A DNA stretch of 55,620 nt, filler included, from Sphacelaria rigidula (lineage: Eukaryota), in assembly GCA_964200075.2 (NCBI GenBank). It is 5 parts of 5 records of this genome, joined end to end, with 100 filler letters (N's around TTAATTAATTAA, not from the genome) between each part and the next. Parts side by side here need not be neighbours in the genome. Positions count along the whole stretch, not along the records: positions 1 to 11,045 come from CAXNAA020005480.1; positions 11,146 to 22,190 come from CAXNAA020005481.1; 3 more parts are not named here. The stretch is one strand, 5' to 3'. Both the position numbers and the translations under genes were made by a program. Positions 1 to 11,946 of the stretch are shown piece after piece (the first letter of the stretch is position 1; each line of letters opens with the position of its first letter). The notes beneath the pieces were generated by a model that saw only the letters and a program-made list of their open reading frames with translations, did no database searches and was not told where the DNA came from.

Positions 1-146
1 GAGAGAAAACTTTTGGTACTCCAGTAATCTTTTTTCATATGCCTTATGCACTGTCCATACCAAATTTCAGGGCCCAACTCTAAATGTATGAAAGAGCATG
101 GGCCTGCAAACTTAAAATCCGTCTCTAGGCTGGCCCAGCTCGTAGC

Positions 147-970
147 TGCGAGTGCATCGAGGCCACAGTGATAAAGCGAACCCTCCTACACGCCGGCCGC
201 GTTGTGCGCATGCACGATGAACGCCTCCCCAACATCGTCATGCGTGGAGTCATGGTTAGGGGGAAGACGAAGATAGGCCGACCAGCAAGGCGCCTACAAC
301 ACCGTATCACGGACTACTGCTCATGCTTCGGAATAAATGCGACATCGGGGACGCAGGTTGCCCACCATGTGTCCGAATGGTCCCGAGTTGTAGAGGGGAG
401 GGCTTAAATCTACATGGCAGCCTGGACGAAAGCACGCCAAGCTGAGGAACTTATTATTGCTGTGCTACCACTAGAGCTCCCCCCGTGCCTATCGAGGACC
501 CTCAAAAGGTAACCAGTAGTCCATCGGGTAGTACTCTCACTAGTATATTTGCGGTTTCTCCGAACAGCTGCATGTGGTGGTGATCTTCGAGTGTGCCTAG
601 GGTTGTTTCTTGAGTTGCTCCCCGCCCGGTGGCCTTGCGAATCCCTTCTTGCTATCTGTCTTTTCTTTTATTTCCTTTTTGTGTGTGTGCTTTTCTTAGC
701 AGGTCTGAAGCTCGTTAGTTTTCTTCACCCCGTTGAACAATGGGAAGCTATTTTTTTCATGTTTTTCTCGGCGTCTCTCTTGGTATTATTTACATTTTGG
801 TAATTTTTTAGTTGATTGTGGTTGTTCATGTAATTAGGCTGGAGTCTCTGAAAAAATGTTGGAGGACTCTATGTCTTGTAAGGAATAGCAGGGGCGGTAT
901 TGGAAAGACGAGCCTACGTCTGTGATCACGGATTCAAGAGATCGGAATAATAATGCGCAGAACTAATAAT
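147..970 (+). mobile_element. 5'-truncated RTE-like LINE fragment (RT C-terminal region plus 3' UTR)
   Basis: ORF 168-407 KRTLLHAGRVVRMHDERLPNIVMRG..GRPARRL...W resembles the RTE-clade C-terminal motif (RxLxWxGHVxRMxxxRLPxxxxxG..RGRPxxRW). It is followed by a T-rich UTR ending in TAATAAT-type repeats near 948-970. Confidence 0.65.
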
Positions 971-1261
971 AGTGATGGTACCGGAGGAGAAGTATCACTC
1001 TAGACACCGGTCTACATCTTGCCATGTATAATATATGTGGGCACACCAGCCGGGGTCACACAGGAGGAAGGCCAACATGGATTTCTTTTTTTTCATGAGG
1101 TTCTCCACCTTCCTTCTGCGATGCTTGCCTTTATTTTTCATCGCGCGAGGGGTTTGGCAGTCCCTTTACCTCGTTGATCATTGTAAGTCGAATTTTGTGC
1201 AACCACAAAATAGTCGCTCTCCATTGTTGGGCATGGATTGTGTGAGAAAAAATGAATCTTA

Positions 1262-1342
1262 GATCGCTCCAAGATTCGAACCCACTACGCAACCGTCAGA
1301 CGAAGGTTTCGAGGTTATGCAAATTGAGCCACCGGGGCGACC
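1262..1342 (-). mobile_element. tRNA-derived SINE head
   Basis: The minus strand reads GGTCGCCCCGG-TGGCTCAATTTG...GGGTTCGAATC, i.e. Pol III A-box-like and B-box-like motifs at tRNA-like spacing, but no clean cloverleaf. The body probably extends leftwards. Confidence 0.55.
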
Positions 1343-3977
1343 GGCATTAGTACGTCCAGGAAACAATGGGTACTGCGACCCACCAATGCGCACGCACCTC
1401 TCATCCTCCTGCGTTCGATACAGACAGTACGTGACCCGGTCCGCTCTTCTAACAACGACTGACATGGACACGTCGACAGTGTCGAAGTACGAGGTTTTTC
1501 ATTGATTGCGGAAGAGATAATTTTTTGCCCAACAAATAATTCCGACGGAAGAGAAGCGGGGTAATCTGTACTGTAATCCAACACATCAACAGTACACCAC
1601 ACTACAACAGCAGCATCACATTTTCCCCCCTTCTGATCCTTTCAAATATTCAAGAGCGGCAAAAGACAAATATTTTGCTTGTCTGTACCTTTTACCTTTT
1701 GCATTCAGGCCAATAACCACGCGTCTGGCAACACTCTAATCGACACTTGTCGCCTATTATTGATGCTTGAAAACTGGTTCATGGGCCGTTGCAGGAAGCT
1801 GCCGGGCGCACTCGGGATGGCCAGTTCCCGGGAGTTGCGAAGGCCGAATTCTTCACTCCGACACTCCTCCGCGGCCAAAAAACAAGGGGCTAGCTGAAGC
1901 CACAGGCAACTGACAATAATCGACACTCTCACGCCAGTAGTTGAGGATAATCTTTCGATGAAAAATCCTACGGTAAAACGGGGCAGAAATGTCTGCAGCA
2001 GAGAGCCATGTATCGAGGCAGTCACCCGAGAGCATGTATCAACAGACAGTTTAATGAATTAATAAGCTCGTAGACTACACTAGATAATGAGGCTCAAGCC
2101 CAAAACAGTGCCTTCTGTGATGGTGCCCAACGACTTTTTTGTCGACCCATTGCCCCTTAATGGCGTAGATACTTCTTTAGGGCATGTTACCGACTCTGTG
2201 ACCTTTCACCGCCTCTAAGAAATCAGAGAAAACGACGGTTTCGGGTCAGCGCTGCACGCTCACAGAGTTGGTGAAGTGTGCTAGAAAAGTATCTACGCGA
2301 TCGAGGAGCATTGTTAGGCCGACGGAAAAGTCGTTGTGCACCATCGCTGAAAGTGTGGGGAAAGCATTGTTTTGGGCTTGAACCTCAATTAAGTGTACAA
2401 CCTCGTTTTTTTAGAGAATTCTTTATCGATGCACACACACACTGCGATGGAGGAACGACTCTCTCTACGGCCGATGGGAATATATGCTCGCACGACCCCA
2501 GACAGTCGTTTCAACCCCGGGTAAGCCCGGGACGGTTAGGTTCGGCCGCGAGATTCCGTCAAGTGATGCTACTTCAGGGGCCCGCGGAAGGTGTACGGCC
2601 GTACGCAGTGTATCGATTGCCACCAAAACCGTGAGGAAGCCAATATGTGACAGGCGAAGCACCCCTGATGAGGACAGGCGAGAATACAAAAACAGAACTG
2701 CAATTAGCTGCTGATGTTGTGAAGAACTTCGACTTCGACAAAAATACCGAGACAGGAGTTTCCCCGGGTGACCCCGTATCTCTCTCACATTTCACCGGCA
2801 TACGTATTATTCTATAATAGTGTAGATCAGTGTAGGCAGGTGTAGGATATGTATACAGTATGTACATGTATATGCAGCTACAGCAGCAGCAGTTGTACCC
2901 CGCGCAGCTCGGTTGTGGCATGCATCATGAAATCTGGGGCGTAGATATGGGTGAATTATTGCATGTAGTTAGAGTTCACACATCCTCGACCCCCGTATAG
3001 GAAATTAATTACTTCAACGAGTCCGTGCTATACTCTGGTTGCGGGTGGTTACACATATTATGTCGTCACTGTGTTACATAAGAAGCATATCATAGCAGAT
3101 GTCATCGGCACTAGAACGTCTACACCAAAGCCTATGGTATGTGGCCCTATACTCATCTTATATAGGGTCGATACCGTGGCGGGTCTACACCGCGTCCTTG
3201 GTAAAACAGTACAGTACACATCATAACGCGCCGCACCCTTGCGACCTTTCCACCGCAAGGATGGGTTATCTATCGAATCGGCACCATTTTCGCTTGAATG
3301 AGGATGCAGGACCTAGCCCACCCTAGCGACCAAGCAACCACCGCCTACGGCTCAATCTAGTTGTTCGCCTTCGTACTGCTTTCATCGCTCGGAACACTCA
3401 CACTGTTCGCCGTTCAGGCAGCCTCCATCTCCAGAAATGTCTGGGTCTCTCAGCATATTTATTTCCTTGCTGGGGGACGCGGTGCATACTGTTGTTGCAG
3501 TCAGGGTCAACAGACCTGTTGCGACAGCAGCAGTGAGCGGCGCCATCGATGCTTGTTGACGAAGAATATAGAACCTCTGTCAAATAGCAATAACCAGCCG
3601 TAGATCGATCCTCTGAAACAACCGGTATGAAGGTATCAAGTCGAGATTTGACGCGGGGAGATTATGGATTGACAACTGGGAGCAGTTTGTGGGGCGATTG
3701 ATTCGTGGGTGCGAGGTGGATGGGGAGGGCAGGAGATGGTGTATACAGCTTTGAGGGCGATTGAAAAAAATATGTCTCTGGCATGTGAGTTTTAATTAGT
3801 CATACCCGCCCGCAAAAGCTCTGAATCTGTTCATCCTGTGAGCGCGTCTTTCATTGTACCCGCCAGCCCCCAGGGTCCGTCATCCGCTGAATCGGTTTCA
3901 TTCCCACTTGGAAAATGAATCCAATAATACGGGGTTACCCCGATCGCCCACCCTGGCGGTCAAAGAAAAAAGTTTAA

Positions 3978-4074
3978 GCCCTTGACCACGAGGGGTCACC
4001 TGCTCAATCGGCACAAATGTTCACTTAAAAAATATGCGTGATCCAGATGGACTACCAGCATCGCGCTCTAAGGG
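3978..4074 (+). mobile_element. piggyBac-like MITE, diverged copy
   Basis: TTAA-GCCCTTGACCACG...CTCTAAGGG-TTGA. The internal sequence (CACCTGCTCAATCGGCAC...TTCAC) matches the copy at 22875-22982. Confidence 0.7.
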
Positions 4075-4164
4075 TTGAGGAGGGTGTAAAAACTTGTTCG
4101 TGATTGAACGAAAGAGTAAGTGCGGCGGAATTGATTCGATCAAGTTCAGTGGTTTTGCCTCGAG

Positions 4165-4418
4165 ATGGTCGGAAAGACTGGTTGTTACTTGATTAAGCAA
4201 TCATCAGTGATGTTTCGACCTTTAGAGGACTGACAGTCTCAAGTGCTCCCCCAGGACCTGTTCTTGTCCAAATCGGCGCCGCAGGGGGCGATCCGAGGTC
4301 TGCAAACGCACACTTTGCCTATACTTACTCTCTTATGCCTTGGTCGGGGTTAGGGTTAGGGTCAGCGTTAGGGTTGGCGGCACCTCGTCTATAGTACTAA
4401 CGATAGGTTTCCGACCAT
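4165..4418 (+). mobile_element. MITE with internal telomere-like tract (diverged member of the 53930 family)
   Basis: Inverted ends ATGGTCGGAAA / TTTCCGACCAT. Internal CACACTTTGCCTA..TATGCCTTGGTCGGGGTTAGGGTTAGGG is shared with 53930-54221. Confidence 0.65.
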
Positions 4419-4919
4419 TTGGCAAACTGCACTCTTGCTTTGCGTGGTTTGTGTCCGAGAGAACTTGCAAGCGCGGAGGCGAAGAAAAGTGTAATATATT
4501 CCTCTCAGAGGTACTTGATCACTTGTTATCAGTACAGACGGCAGCAAAAACGTGCCATAATCTTCCCCGCCCATTTTATATTTTTTACCTTCAGCGACTG
4601 CTTTCGTTTTGCCTACCTCGGGTGCGTCCATGTTGTAACGACGGCTGGATCCTTGGTAGAGGCGACAACAAATATTCACCAGCCTTCACTCTTATGAACC
4701 CTCGAATTTACAGCGGGGTCATCTTAAACCCCATACAACGGCGACAAGTACACTTACTTGGCTTTAGATTGCGATCACTTGGGTTCAGTCTACACAGATA
4801 CAAAAACAGCTGGCCTCAGCATGGGTGACCAACTAGTTACTTGAACTAAGCGTTGCCTAGTAAAATCACTCGAATATACAGTGTAGTCAGTCTCAACTCC
4901 ATGTAAAAACTATAACTAC

Positions 4920-7900
4920 GTCACTCGATACTGGGAAGACTTGATGCCGTGAGTTTAGTACCCAGCCAGGTGCACGAACAAGAACAACTACCATTGACAC
5001 TTGAATAGTATGGCCAATTAATCTCGCTTGAACACGGTGTGGCCCTCCTAAGTTCCTCAACGTACAATAGTGACATAATATATCCGGGTTGGCAATAACT
5101 CTGAGAAACCACGTGGTTCTTCGGCATATTTGACTTTGCCTCCTGCTTTAGGTTCAATGTACCCGAGAAAAAATCAAGGCGTAAAGGGGAGGTCTGATTC
5201 CCACGAGGTTGCCACTTCGACATAGACTTCTTCAATATCGACGCTCGTGGACACGGAAATAATGTGTAGTCGAGCTACCAACACTCCAGGTTGTACCTCA
5301 CCGCTATTATCGCCAGCATCACATGGGTGCTCCGAGGCCTACACATCGCAGCGAACGTGCTCGGCAATCGACTCCGAGTGCCTGTTCTCACCCGAGCACA
5401 CCGATGTTAAGACTTGTCCGCCTTTACCTCACGCGGTCCCATCGAGGGCCGATGATGTGGCTTTCACTTACGACGAAGGTTGCCGGCAGGACGTCGCGAA
5501 CGTTATAATTTTCCACGCGTCCCGCCTTGGCTAAGATCCCTTCCCCGCGTACCTCGGCCGGTAGGGTCGTGGCACCTTTGAACATGCCCGGAATCGTCGC
5601 TGGTTTCCCCCCACCGAAAGTGTTGGAGGTTGACGACATGCAGAAGAATCTCCTCCTCTGGGTGCTCAGGCGATTCACCGCCCTCCGGGATTTCTCCGTC
5701 GACGACACTCGGGGCAAGACGCTGTCGTGCAGTATGTCCCACCTAGAGTAGTAATATCGCTAATCTGCCTCAGGCGTGGTGTGTGAATTCTTCAAAACTT
5801 CGTTGCTAGGGATGTGATCGGTGGTAACATTGGTGGCTCAATCCAGCACCGAGGAGTAGTTTTGGAGGTCGCGTCATCGTGTTTGCCATAGCTATGGCTC
5901 TTGTTGCCGCCGGGCTGCCCGTCGCTGGACGGAAGCCGTGGCGTCAGAGGCTGAGACCCCCTCCATGACGGCGCAAGTAAGCGTAAGGGAACCTTGGTGA
6001 AGAGAATGTTCCGGCTTTGATTATACATCGGGTTGCCGAACTATGGACGCAGTAAGGATTTATGCCGTTGCTCTACCTATTCAACCGTCCTTCAACGACC
6101 TTCGGCGCAAATTCTGTAGTGCGCCTCTGGATGCATACAAATGTCCTCGCCCCGATGAGTTGTAGGTGCCGTGGGTTTGGCTACCTTCCCCCAAGCAATC
6201 GTACCCTAATAGCAACCCTTAAACTCGTTTCCGACGAGCCCCGTTCCCGGGGTCAGTCCACAAACTCTAGGCCGAACACGACTAGAAATCACTGTTGACT
6301 GTATGAACGACTGGAGCGCGTGAAGAGAGTGCCGTCCTTGGTACTCTGAGCGTAAACTGCGGGCCACTTTTTCTACTCGTCGATGACTGTGCAGGAGTGC
6401 CTGCAGCCCCCGAGGGCTTCTGGCGTGAAGAGCCCCGCCAGTTCTGCCAAGATCGGCTGGAAAGCGCGCTGAACATTATGGTGTACCGTGTTGAGGTGGG
6501 ACAGCTGGTACAGTTCCGCCAAAGCTCACCCCGTTGTCACCCGATTTACCCAGGATTCCACGCTCATGTACTTGAGGTTCCATCCAACGATTCCAAGGAG
6601 AGACGGTAACCGTAGCCTTCGTCGCCACTCCCGGCGCGCTACCCTGCTGATGACACCCGACTAAAAGGAAAGCTCGTTCTCTGGCTCTGGCAACGTAAAA
6701 GTGAAGTCATTTTTCTCCAGCCTTGGTTTATCTATGTCGGAAATAGATACAACGCCGTTGCGCGACGCTTCCTCAACACAAAGCGTCTTCCACGCGACGT
6801 CAGGCACGACCAAACACGTGAGTGAGATCAGGCGCTGTACCCCTTGGCCGTCGATTACATGACCCCGGAGAAGTCCATGATTGACACCCGCCAGTTGATG
6901 ACCACCCTGCGAATATGATCATCCGTAAAACAGCTACCTCCTGGTAGTGGAAGATAGTATATACCTCAATCCGGGTATGGTGGTATCGTCAAAGTAGTGT
7001 CTCCCCTGACCATTGTTGCCGCCTTTTTTTAATCCCCATGACCGGTCCTGCCCATAGAGTAAACCCGTCTCCCTCGTTGTTGATGCCCCCACACATTTCA
7101 GGTTGCCCTTTGGTGTTGCTGGTCGACGTCATTCGGTCACATACGGAATTCCCGAGAGACAGCCATCATGACAGGCAACGCCAAGACACGGGTTAATGTA
7201 AGTAGCGCGACGCTGATCGCACCCCTCGCCTGTGAAACATTGGTGATCAGTCTCCTCGCTGCTGGTGCCTCTGACTTATTGAATTGGTGGTTGATTCATT
7301 TTCCCGCCGTGAGTAATCCGCTACGAATCCAGCCGCGGTCACTAGATAGACGTACCTGAAATGCGTGAGAGGACCGCGTGCTTAGAGGACCGCATTGGAA
7401 TTAGAACATCCCTATGGTTGGGGTTAGGGTTAGGGTTAGTGTTGGGGTTAGGGTGAGGGGCGTGGTCCTGGTCCGATTGGTTTCGAAAAACGTCGATCCT
7501 GAGGTGTTTCGAACTGCGATGCGGTCCCCTAAGCACGCGGTCATCTCACGCATTACAGTACCGATGGGGGAAAAAGTAAAGCCTCGCTGCGGTAAACTCG
7601 AGAAATGGGAAAATTGAAGAGCAAGGAGAGAGAAAAGCCCACGAAAAAACGCTGCTGTTGAACGATTGAATAGCCGGTTCATTCGTGGGAGTGAGCTACT
7701 CAAGGCCGTCCGCTTCCGCCGGATCGTCTCCGGTCGACGCTTCCACAGCGACGAACGGTGTACTTGGCCCTGCGGGATCACATTCTGACGGAAGGTCGCT
7801 CGCACGATGGATGGCAAGATAGCCTCACCATTGCTTGGCGCAGTTTCCCCCAATGCTGTTGCTCCTAAACTCGCTTGCACCAACGACAGCGGGGTGACCT

Positions 7901-8650
7901 GACGGCTGGCTAGTGCAGTTTACGCTTCCATCGTTGCCCTTTACCTCTTCAAGACAAGAGGTGTCTCTTCACTGCGTGTTGCCGACGTGTGAAGGAGCAC
8001 CATCCGACTTGCTGCCTCCCCCATTCTATCAGTTTGGGGCCGCTTTCCAGGCAGCGCAGTATGCTTGTCGGGGGCTTGACTCCTGGCAGCAGTAACACTG
8101 CTTGCCACCGCGGTCTCTCCCGCTTGCCTGCCTTGCGACGTCACTACCTACTACCGACTTCGAGTCGTTTGGACGGGAGAGACAGCGTATGTACGTGGTA
8201 TGTACATTGCACCTGGTGTCCTGGGAATTAGAGTCCCACCTCTCACAGTTTGCAGTATGAACCCTCTCGTACCCGGCAAAAGGTGGCCGAAGAATAATAT
8301 TATCATACCGCTCGTGAGGGATGGACTGGTCCACTTCCTCCCAACGTTCACGATTGTCGACCATGATGTGGTGGAAGTCGTCGAGATCATGGATGGACTG
8401 CATCTTGGCGCTTTGCAACTTCTCGTGGAGCTTTTTTTCGGGCGTACTTCATGTTGCCGCTTTACGTCTCTTACAACGACCGCCAAGTCGTTTTCCCGTT
8501 GCGTACCCCAGCCTTGTGGGTCTTGCCCGTGTGCCCTTTCACGGCATTGTAAGCAGACGACTCTATGTTGGAATGTGGTGCTGACTAGGTCTTCGCTCCC
8601 GCGCGTCCACGCTGTAAGAACCGCCGAATTTTGATGTGCGCGGTCACTCC
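4920..8650 (-). mobile_element. Degenerate Ty1/Copia LTR retrotransposon (gag-PR-INT-RT order, many stops and frameshifts)
   Basis: Minus strand: gag-like DDFHHIMVDNRERWEEVDQSIPHERYDNIIL..YERVHTA (8029-8418); protease-region RHYFDDTTIPGLRY..GGHQL (~6890-7010); integrase QPILAELAGLFTPEALGG..VIDE and SRNILF (5990-6480); RT start IPGMFKGA..IIGPRW, GVDC..TFA, LDY..EEVYV (4930-5600). Integrase before RT indicates Copia. I could not identify LTRs. Confidence 0.8.
7356..7558. mobile_element. 203-bp MITE with ~40-bp TIRs, TAC target-site duplication and internal (TTAGGG)n, inserted in the Copia relic
   Basis: Left CTGAAATGCGTGAGAGGACCGCGTGCTTAGAGGACCGCAT vs reverse complement of right end CTGTAATGCGTGAGATGACCGCGTGCTTAGGGGACCGCAT. 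TAC lies at 7353-7355 and 7559-7561. GGGTTAGGGTTAGGGTTAG starts at 7421. Confidence 0.85.
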
Positions 8651-10950
8651 CGATTAGGGCGGACTACAGCTTTGACTCGCATCGAAGAATATTAGCGACG
8701 TTCTTCCTGTTGAACAACAGTGCAACACAAGTTTGTTGCAAACATTTGCAAAGTTCATCTTCTGTTCAGAGTCAAAACATGAGCAGAGTGTCAGCAATGC
8801 CTGGAGATTGTCGCACCCCGTCGTCACGTCACTTCCAGCTCGACCTGTAACCCGAGCAAAGCACGTGAAAAGGCACGACAGAAATTCATTGATCGCATGA
8901 AGAGCGAGTGAACACATGTTCGGAGATTTCCACTACACGAAATCAAGCAACAATCCTCGAAGAGAAGCTATATACACGCACATTCAGCAACATAAAACAA
9001 CAAATGAAAACCCTTCGCGGTCATCAAAATGTCAGTTCAATTTCGACGCTGGTATGTCACTGTACCGTGCTTATCTGGCCAACGCTTCTTTGGGGGCGTG
9101 GTCGGCAGGTACGGAGCGTGCCCACGAGATGTACACACGGAAACGTCAGCTTGAAAGTCACGTTGACCTTGATCCCTCACAAATCAAGAACCCTGGACAC
9201 GTCCATCATGTAACCACGGTTTGATTCGAAGCGGATCAGCCAGTGTGCAACAATCATCGATCAAGCAATCGACCAATCAACTGATCAACTAACCACGCAT
9301 GAATTATTTCGACGACGACCTCTTGTACGCGCTGTCGAGAGATGACACATTTCAGTAGGCTTTTCTCGATTGATTTATCGGGCTAGTGCACTAGACACTG
9401 TATGTTGTTCCCTCCAGTGAGGACTGCGCCACTTGTTACATTGCCTGAGTAGACCGTCAGGTCCAAAATGCAGAAAAGTAGCCATTGTACTCTGCAACGA
9501 CTCGCGATGTGAAAAAACGAGAGGAACTGATGTTTTAGAATATGATATTCAAGAATGCTGTGACTACTAACTCTACTGTACGTCGAAGTACACGATATAT
9601 GATGAGGATATGTGTCATTATCTTCACAAACGGGCTACTACGGTGTCGCAAGCATAAGCCTGGGCGACGGTAGTAATATCCACCGTGCGTAGCGGCCACC
9701 AATGATTTTGAGGCGTCTAATTTCTGACACGATGGTCGAACAAAGTGTGACCATCCGCCAGGCTGCATCAAGTACTACCCGTCACGGATCAAACCAGGTG
9801 GCCCGTGGTGATCCAGCTGTCAGCAAGTTCCTATCCCGAGACATTCACGCTAATAGCAACATCATACTGAGCATGGCCTTTATTCCTGCAGGTCGTGCTC
9901 TGGCTTCATTTATATATCAATATATGGATATATTCTACCATGAACCGCACAGAAACGCAGCCGGTCGACCAATCATCAGTGCTCTCCACGATGACTACGG
10001 GGCATACGGCGAATGTGGTTGATTTCCGAGACAGTTTCAATGTTTGAAAATGTTTACTCCAATCTCAATGCCTTGAATTGGCATCTGCGCCTGCAGAAGA
10101 AGAGGATTGTTCGGAATCATGCAACGGTGAAATTAACCCACCTATATTCGATGCGGAGCCCATCTGTTCCCCGATATATGTGTCTGTACATGTGTGCATC
10201 TCCATAACGTTCAGTTACCATCTAAGTTCACACGAAGCAAAATGCTGGGTCATTATATGTCCGGCCTCTGATGGTTGCCTGCAAGTGCCGTCATCTTCTA
10301 TCCTGCTTCCCAGAGACTCTGGTTCTCGTCTAGTGTGTAATTTGTCGATGTTTACCCTGTATCGGAGTTGCCCTCTTTCGCCGTGAATATATATGCTATC
10401 TTATATCACATTGATATAATGAGGAAGGACTGATGCATCAACGCCGATTTTGCTGCATTTTGTCGATTCGAATCTTCGCGGCAGAGTCGGCTCACTAGAA
10501 TTTGCCGTCCGTAAGCGTGAAAACGACGGTTAACGACAATAGTAAAATGAAAGACAGTCGACGGACTGACTGCGGTACTGCTGGTCTGACGCTCGACGAA
10601 AACGTGCAAGGCAGCGGTCCCTGGGAAGAGAATGTTCTGATCCCTTGAGATAGTAGACTCTTCCCGAGGAGGGGGGAGGAGGATTTAAGGTGTCACGATT
10701 TAGAGAAGCATAGAAGGGGATGATGTGGAAAAAGTAGAGCTCTACTACGAAGGAGCCAACGCGAGTGGGATAGCGGGATGGTTGGGCGACAACTTCTTCT
10801 AGTATCGCCGACAGTTGTAGGCCAAGCCCACGTACGATCACCACCTTGATGAAAATAGCCTTAACTCCATTGAACCGTGTATTACTCGAATACCGTGGAA
10901 AACTCTCATGTGGCTCAGGAGCTGTCGGAAGGACGGGGCGTGACGTCTGC

Positions 10951-11027
10951 GGGAGAGGGGCGTACTCATTTGTTGTTTGCCTTAGCCGTTTGATCATTGA
11001 CCACGCATCCCTTTCGAGACGGAGCAC
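10951..11027 (-). mobile_element. Terminus of a dispersed repeat family, probably a DNA-transposon TIR
   Basis: Reverse complement GTGCTCCGTCTCGAAAGGGATGCGTGGTCAATG...GAGTACGCCCC recurs at 11146-11215 (+, truncated) and 55582-55620 (+), in three different contigs. Confidence 0.7.
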
Positions 11028-11045
11028 TGCGGGAGGGGGGGGGCG

Positions 11046-11145
11046 NNNNNNNNNNNNNNNNNNNNNNNNNNNNNNNNNNNNNNNNNNNNTTAATTAATTA
11101 ANNNNNNNNNNNNNNNNNNNNNNNNNNNNNNNNNNNNNNNNNNNN
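11046..11145. other. Artificial contig spacer N44-TTAATTAATTAA-N44
   Basis: Exactly 100 nt; the core has stop codons in all six frames; identical at all four gaps. Confidence 0.98.
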
Positions 11146-11215
11146 AGGGATGCGTGGTCAATGGTCAAATGACTAAGGCAAGTAACAAATGAGTACGCCC
11201 CCCCCCTCCCCCCCG
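11146..11215 (+). mobile_element. Terminus of the same repeat family as 10951-11027
   Basis: AGGGATGCGTGGTCAATGGTCAAATGACTAAGGCAAGTAACAAATGAGTACGCCCCCCC at the start of the contig. Confidence 0.7.
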
Positions 11216-11946
11216 TCCTGGGGTGGTCACCGCCACCCACTCTCACACTACAGCATCTACTCGCCGTCGAAGTTTTCGGATCGCGGGAAGAGCTACGACA
11301 GTGCGACAACGAAACGCCGGTCACTCTTTCCCGCAGACTGTTCAAAAATATGCGACATACTGTACACGCAATCACACTTGAAAAAATAACTGCCAACACA
11401 GATATTACTTCAATTACCGGGCCCACTACTCTCCAACATGGCTTGTGACTTGAACCGCTGGGCCAACCAATCCGCACACCACCGTACATACCGCCACCGT
11501 TGTCGCCATGGCGGGAATATCACACAGTAAGGGTGCGGCGAATGCGGCGGACACGCCTCGCACTTGAAACAGCGCACAATTAATTAAACCCAAGAAGCGA
11601 CTATTCGGCACAGATACAGTGTAATCCGAGATGATCATACCGCAGGGTATGTTGAAGTCCTGAATGTTCGAGCTCGCTTCATCCCGGCCGGGTGTACACC
11701 CCATGTGCTCACAACATTCATGGCCATAGCAGGCGGACCCCCCCCTGCATCACTCCGTAGCCTGCAGAAATAGATCCGGGCCCATCACCATAGTTCGCCG
11801 CCAGTGCACCCGCGCCTTCCATGAAATGGTGGCAATCCCCCCCCCCCCCGCCCCCCGGCTGTCCAGGAACATCCCGGGGCACTGGAAAAGTAGGCGTAAT
11901 CGTCAAACTCGTAATATATTACAGTAACGTCTGACTCTGCGCTTTC

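Noticed and set aside
1262-1342. Functional tRNA gene
   Set aside because: A-box-like and B-box-like motifs are present, but the acceptor and anticodon stems do not pair; it fits a SINE head better.
1679-2035. Possible CRE-like LINE endonuclease relic (SFDEKSY)
   Set aside because: Only one short motif resembles the family, which is too weak to call without a profile search.
4343-4378. True chromosome end
   Set aside because: The TTAGGG tracts are short, degenerate, internal and enclosed by MITE inverted repeats.
11090-11101. TTAATTAATTAA palindrome recurring every ~11.14 kb
   Set aside because: It is embedded in N runs at all four gaps and is an artificial all-frame-stop linker, not biological periodicity.
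10951-11215. Apparent large palindrome centred on gap 1
   Set aside because: The arms are on different, size-sorted contigs and are two copies of one repeat family.
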